The position numbers and the translations under genes were made by a program. A stretch of 20,298 nucleotides of DNA, from IMG/VR virus record IMGVR_UViG_2531839662_000026, one strand, 5' to 3'. The DNA is from a virus (lineage: Duplodnaviria > Heunggongvirae > Uroviricota > Caudoviricetes). The notes beneath the pieces are model-generated. The model was not told the DNA's origin, did no database searches, and saw nothing but the letters and a program-made list of their open reading frames with translations. Below, one piece after another: positions 16,869-20,298 of this stretch. Position 1 is the first letter of the stretch. Each line of letters begins with the position of its first letter.

Positions 16869-17465
16869 ATGTCAACATCAAAGTACCCAAGTGAGATCAA
16901 AATAAATCCCAATAAAGGTGGTAAGGCTGCGATTGAGCGATTAGTCGAAGCTTATGGCTTTACGACACGACAGGCTTTAGCTGATCACTTGGAAGTATCA
17001 AAAAGCACTCTGGCGAACAGGTATTTGCGGGATACGTTTCCTGCAGACTGGATAATCCAATGTGCTCTTGAAACAGGAACCTCACTGAAATGGTTAACCA
17101 CCGGGCAAGGACTTAAGCAAAGCTCGCTGACAGTAGCCACAGAAGAGCTTCCCAAGTTTCGCCTTACCGCAGGCAAAATGATTGAAGATGGTTCATATGT
17201 ATTCGATTCATCATTTCTTCCTGCAAATCTTTCATCACCAATTGTTATTCAGGATGGGCTTGTCACATACATTTGTGATCAAAAATTTTCTGAAGTACTT
17301 GATGGACACTGGTTAATCAACATCGACGGAACCTATTCCATTCGAAAAATCACAAAGCTTCCAAAAGGTATGATTAAAATTACAACTACAGAGAATAGCT
17401 TTGAATGTGCATTTTCTGATATTGAAGTGGTTGCTTGTATAAGAAGTACAATAGTTTCAAATTGA
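16869..17465 (+). CDS. cI: CI-like immunity repressor (198 aa)
   Basis: ATG start. N-terminal HTH-like segment (RQALADHLEVSKSTLANRYL), plus position and orientation (divergent from apl, same strand as int), fit the 186 CI family. Confidence 0.8.
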   Translation: MSTSKYPSEIKINPNKGGKAAIERLVEAYGFTTRQALADHLEVSKSTLANRYLRDTFPADWIIQCALETGTSLKWLTTGQGLKQSSLTVATEELPKFRLTAGKMIEDGSYVFDSSFLPANLSSPIVIQDGLVTYICDQKFSEVLDGHWLINIDGTYSIRKITKLPKGMIKITTTENSFECAFSDIEVVACIRSTIVSN

Positions 17466-17485
17466 TATAGTAAAAGGATTTAAAA

Positions 17486-19162
17486 ATGAATTCATTTTCC
17501 ATCGTTATATTATTATTAGCATTTCTCGCCCCTGTTCTAGCTATAATATTATTTAAGCAAAGTAAAGAACACAAAGCCGCCATAGATAACCTGACGGCTA
17601 ACAACATAGCCCTTTCCAGCCAACTGAGTGAAAATCAAGAAAAGTTAGCACAGACTGCACGAGATCTATCAGAGCTTGAAGGGCGAGCAGCACCATTATG
17701 GCAATACGAAGAATTGCACAGCGCAGTGATGGAGGCAGAGAATAAGATAAAAAATGCAGACTCAATAGCTAGGCAAAAAATAGAAGAAGCCCAAATAAAG
17801 GCAGCTAAGACAGTAAACGAAGCAAGTTATCAAGCTCAGATAACAATAAGCAACGCTAATAGCGAAGCTATAGCAATCACCAAAGACGCTCGCGATGCAC
17901 GCCTGAAAGCCAAAGAACGTCTTGATAATGCCAACAGTAAAGCAAATGAGCTGATCTCAAATGCTAATGACAACGCAGTAAAAATTATTACCGATGCAGA
18001 AGAAAGAGCAAAAGAGATTGCTGGTTCAGCATATGAAGCTAAAGAGTTTGCAGAAAAATATGAAGCAGTTGCCAAATCAATGAAAAATAAAATTGAAGGT
18101 TATGGCGATGAATGGATCATCCCTAACCGTAGTGTACTTGATGAATTGGCAGAAAATTATGAGTTTACAGATGCAGGCAAGGAATTACAAAAAGCCAGGG
18201 AGTTAACAAAATCATTAATAAAAACTAATAAAGCAGCTTCGTGTGATTATGTTGAGCAAAACAGGCGTAATACTGCTATCAACTTTGTTTTGGATGCCTT
18301 CAATGGAAGAGTTGACAGTATTTTATCAAAAGTCAAACACAACAATTTTGGAAAACTTTCCCAAGAAATAAAAGATGCATTTCAACTTGTAAATTATAAT
18401 GGCTCTGCTTTTAGATCCGCAAAAATAAGTGACATCTATCTTCAGGCACGACTCAACGAGCTAAAATGGGGAGTTGCAGTTAATGAAATTATGCTCGAAG
18501 AAAAAGAGGAGCAAAGAAGGATTAAAGAACAGCTTCGTGAAGAGGAAAGAGCTCGTAGAGAGTATGAAAAAGCGATAAAAGAAGCCGAAAAAGAAGAAAA
18601 AGCTATTCAGCAAGCTATAAATAAAGCAACGAAAGAGCTTATGCTTGCAAATGAAGAACAACGCTTAGCTTTAGAGCAAAAAATAGCTGAACTACAGTTA
18701 AAATATGAAGAAGCTGAAGCTAAAAACCAACGAGCTATTTCTATGGCTCAACAAACTAGATCAGGCCATGTTTATATAATTAGCAATATTGGCTCATTTG
18801 GCGAAGATGTATATAAAATTGGAATGACACGCCGCCTTGAACCACTTGATCGTGTTCGTGAACTTGGGGATGCTAGTGTTCCTTTTTCGTTCGATGTTCA
18901 TGCGATGATTTATAGTGATGATGCACCGTCATTAGAAAATCATCTGCATAAAGTCTTCAACGAAAAGCAGGTCAATAAAATTAACTCACGAAAAGAGTTT
19001 TTTAACGTAAATATTAAAGAAATTAAATCGGTTATTGAAGATATGAACATCAATGCCCACTGGACAATGTTTGCAGAGGCGAAAGAATATAGAGAGTCAC
19101 TAGCTATTGAGCAGGAACGCAAAGCAGCCACTTCCGCCAACGATGAACTACATGTTGCTTAG
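17486..19162 (+). CDS. Cargo gene: 558-aa protein with an N-terminal transmembrane helix, a long coiled coil and a C-terminal T5orf172/GIY-YIG-like domain; candidate lysogen-expressed defence or exclusion factor
   Basis: ATG with an AAGGA RBS 8 nt upstream, 20 bp after the cI stop. Hydrophobic N-terminus FSIVILLLAFLAPVLAIILF. Strongly A/E/K/Q-rich middle with repeated NANS/NAND motifs. C-terminus GHVYIISNIGSFGEDVYKIGMTRRLEPLDRVRELGDASVPFSFDVH...EFFNVNIKEIKSVIEDMN fits the T5orf172 (MUG113) pattern as I recall it. Markedly AT-rich. Confidence 0.8.
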   Translation: MNSFSIVILLLAFLAPVLAIILFKQSKEHKAAIDNLTANNIALSSQLSENQEKLAQTARDLSELEGRAAPLWQYEELHSAVMEAENKIKNADSIARQKIEEAQIKAAKTVNEASYQAQITISNANSEAIAITKDARDARLKAKERLDNANSKANELISNANDNAVKIITDAEERAKEIAGSAYEAKEFAEKYEAVAKSMKNKIEGYGDEWIIPNRSVLDELAENYEFTDAGKELQKARELTKSLIKTNKAASCDYVEQNRRNTAINFVLDAFNGRVDSILSKVKHNNFGKLSQEIKDAFQLVNYNGSAFRSAKISDIYLQARLNELKWGVAVNEIMLEEKEEQRRIKEQLREEERARREYEKAIKEAEKEEKAIQQAINKATKELMLANEEQRLALEQKIAELQLKYEEAEAKNQRAISMAQQTRSGHVYIISNIGSFGEDVYKIGMTRRLEPLDRVRELGDASVPFSFDVHAMIYSDDAPSLENHLHKVFNEKQVNKINSRKEFFNVNIKEIKSVIEDMNINAHWTMFAEAKEYRESLAIEQERKAATSANDELHVA

Positions 19163-19220
19163 CAATGTATGTTTCATAGCAATCACACATTGATTACTGG
19201 TTGTATATACAGTTAAATTT

Positions 19221-19245
19221 AGCCCTCTGATATGAGGGCTTTTTT
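19221..19245 (+). terminator. Rho-independent terminator candidate (agccctc-tgatat-gagggct + TTTTT) ending one base before the int ATG
   Basis: 7-bp perfect stem followed by ttttt, read from sequence; the int start codon follows at 19246. Confidence 0.5.
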
Positions 19246-20298
19246 ATGGCAGTACGAAAACTCACCACAGGAAAATGGCTTTGCGAATGTTACCCCGCCG
19301 GACGTAGTGGACGTCGTGTGCGTAAACAATTCGCCACCAAAGGCGAAGCACTGGCTTTTGAGCGTCACACGATGGAAGAAACCGAAGCAAAGCCCTGGCT
19401 AGGTGAATCAGTGGATCGTCGAACACTGAAAGACGTGGTTGAGCTATGGTTCAAACTACATGGTAAATCACTGACAGCTGGGCAGCATGTCTATGACAAA
19501 TTGCTGCTGATGGTTGACGCTCTGGGCAATCCCCTTGCAACTGATCTAACCTCTAAAATGTTTGCCCACTATCGAGATAAACGCCTGACAGGTGAGATCT
19601 ACTTCAGCGAGAAATGGAAGAAAGGAGCAAGCCCGGTCACCATTAACCTGGAGCAAAGCTATCTAAGTAGTGTTTTTAGCGAACTATCCCGCCTGGGCGA
19701 ATGGTCGTATCCGAACCCACTGGAGAACATGCGAAAATTCACCATCGCAGAAAAAGAGATGGCATGGCTTACCCATGAGCAGATTGTTGAATTACTGGCT
19801 GATTGCAAACGTCAGGACCCAATTCTGGCACTGGTAGTTAAGATATGCTTAAGCACAGGCGCACGCTGGCGAGAAGCCATAAATCTTACTCGTTCACAGG
19901 TGACCAAATACCGAATTACCTTTGTAAGAACGAAGGGGAAGAAAAATAGAAGCATCCCTATCAGTAAAGAGCTTTACGAAGAGATCATGGCGCTTGATGG
20001 GTTCAATTTCTTCACAGACTGCTATTTTCAATTTTTATCCGTGATGGAAAAAACGTCTATCGTGCTCCCTCGCGGTCAACTCACACACGTTCTGCGCCAT
20101 ACGTTTGCGGCGCACTTCATGATGTCGGGTGGAAACATTCTGGCCTTACAAAAAATTCTCGGACACCACGATATAAAAATGACTATGCGTTACGCACATC
20201 TGGCACCGGATCATCTGGAAACGGCGCTCCGTTTCAATCCTCTGGCAACGCTGCCAAGTGGCGACAAAGTGGCGGCAGCGGTTGGCATTACCCCGTAA
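19246..20298 (+). CDS. int: Tyrosine integrase, P2/186 family (350 aa)
   Basis: Translation aligns along its length with recalled P2 Int (e.g. CLSTGARW.EA..L....V....ITF..TK, HVLRHTFA.HFMM.GG.I..LQ.ILGH..I..TM.YAH.AP). Its 3' end contains the att core copy; stop at 20296-20298. Confidence 0.9.
   Translation: MAVRKLTTGKWLCECYPAGRSGRRVRKQFATKGEALAFERHTMEETEAKPWLGESVDRRTLKDVVELWFKLHGKSLTAGQHVYDKLLLMVDALGNPLATDLTSKMFAHYRDKRLTGEIYFSEKWKKGASPVTINLEQSYLSSVFSELSRLGEWSYPNPLENMRKFTIAEKEMAWLTHEQIVELLADCKRQDPILALVVKICLSTGARWREAINLTRSQVTKYRITFVRTKGKKNRSIPISKELYEEIMALDGFNFFTDCYFQFLSVMEKTSIVLPRGQLTHVLRHTFAAHFMMSGGNILALQKILGHHDIKMTMRYAHLAPDHLETALRFNPLATLPSGDKVAAAVGITP
20259..20280. repeat. attL core candidate (tggcgacaaagtggcggcagcg) inside the 3' end of int
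   Basis: Matches 21 of 22 bases to 2834-2855. Confidence 0.6.

Larger units (their letters stand above)
2834..20280. mobile_element. Defective P2/186-family prophage (186-like immunity and SOS modules), ~17.4 kb, missing capsid, lysis and tail genes
   Basis: Gene order ogr-D-U'-N'-O / P-Q / cos / cargo / dinI-like / A-dam-early genes-cII-apl / cI-cargo-int is collinear with an integrated P2/186 genome. Bounded by a 22-bp direct repeat. Flanks are AT-rich and the backbone is GC-rich relative to the host genes. Confidence 0.85.

Noticed and set aside
14115-16890. N-terminal extensions of the dam, cII and apl ORFs in the six-frame track
   Set aside because: The track opens ORFs at non-ATG codons well upstream. 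Homology to Dam, 186 CII and Apl begins at internal ATGs that have ribosome-binding sites or ATGA coupling, so the shorter coordinates were used.
17836-18661. 79-aa and 66-aa - strand ORFs inside the 558-aa cargo gene
   Set aside because: Antisense products of a repetitive coiled-coil-encoding region (A/S/L-rich and F/L-rich low-complexity translations).
1-20298. Search for CRISPR arrays, tRNA or tmRNA genes at the att site, IS elements and rRNA
   Set aside because: No spaced direct-repeat arrays, no cloverleaf-like sequence adjoining either att copy, and no transposase-like ORF or terminal inverted repeats were found by eye; the integration site appears intergenic rather than in a tRNA.

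Overview
The window holds three E. coli core genes (grxA, ybjM, ybjL; positions 1-2620) followed by a defective ~17.4 kb prophage of the P2/186 family (about 2834-20280) that runs to the window end. All calls rest on reading the ORF translations and sequence by eye; no database search was run. The prophage is 186-like: it has CI, Apl, CII, a DinI-like SOS module, replication protein A, a Dam-like methylase, and the Q/P/O packaging genes, D, Ogr and integrase. It is bounded by a 22-bp direct repeat with one mismatch, which I read as the att core. An internal deletion fuses the first ~33 codons of the capsid gene N to the 3' part of tail gene U, removing every capsid, lysis and tail gene in between, so it cannot make virions. 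Three AT-rich cargo genes sit at positions where P2-like phages carry accessory genes, and these are the best candidates for an undescribed system: (1) a 558-aa protein with an N-terminal transmembrane helix, a long coiled coil and a C-terminal T5orf172/GIY-YIG-like domain, inserted between cI and int; (2) a 416-aa Walker A/B P-loop ATPase between the candidate cos site and Q; (3) a 203-aa membrane-anchored protein on the other side of cos. Coordinates taken from ORF ends are reliable; coordinates of short motifs read by eye may be off by a base or two.
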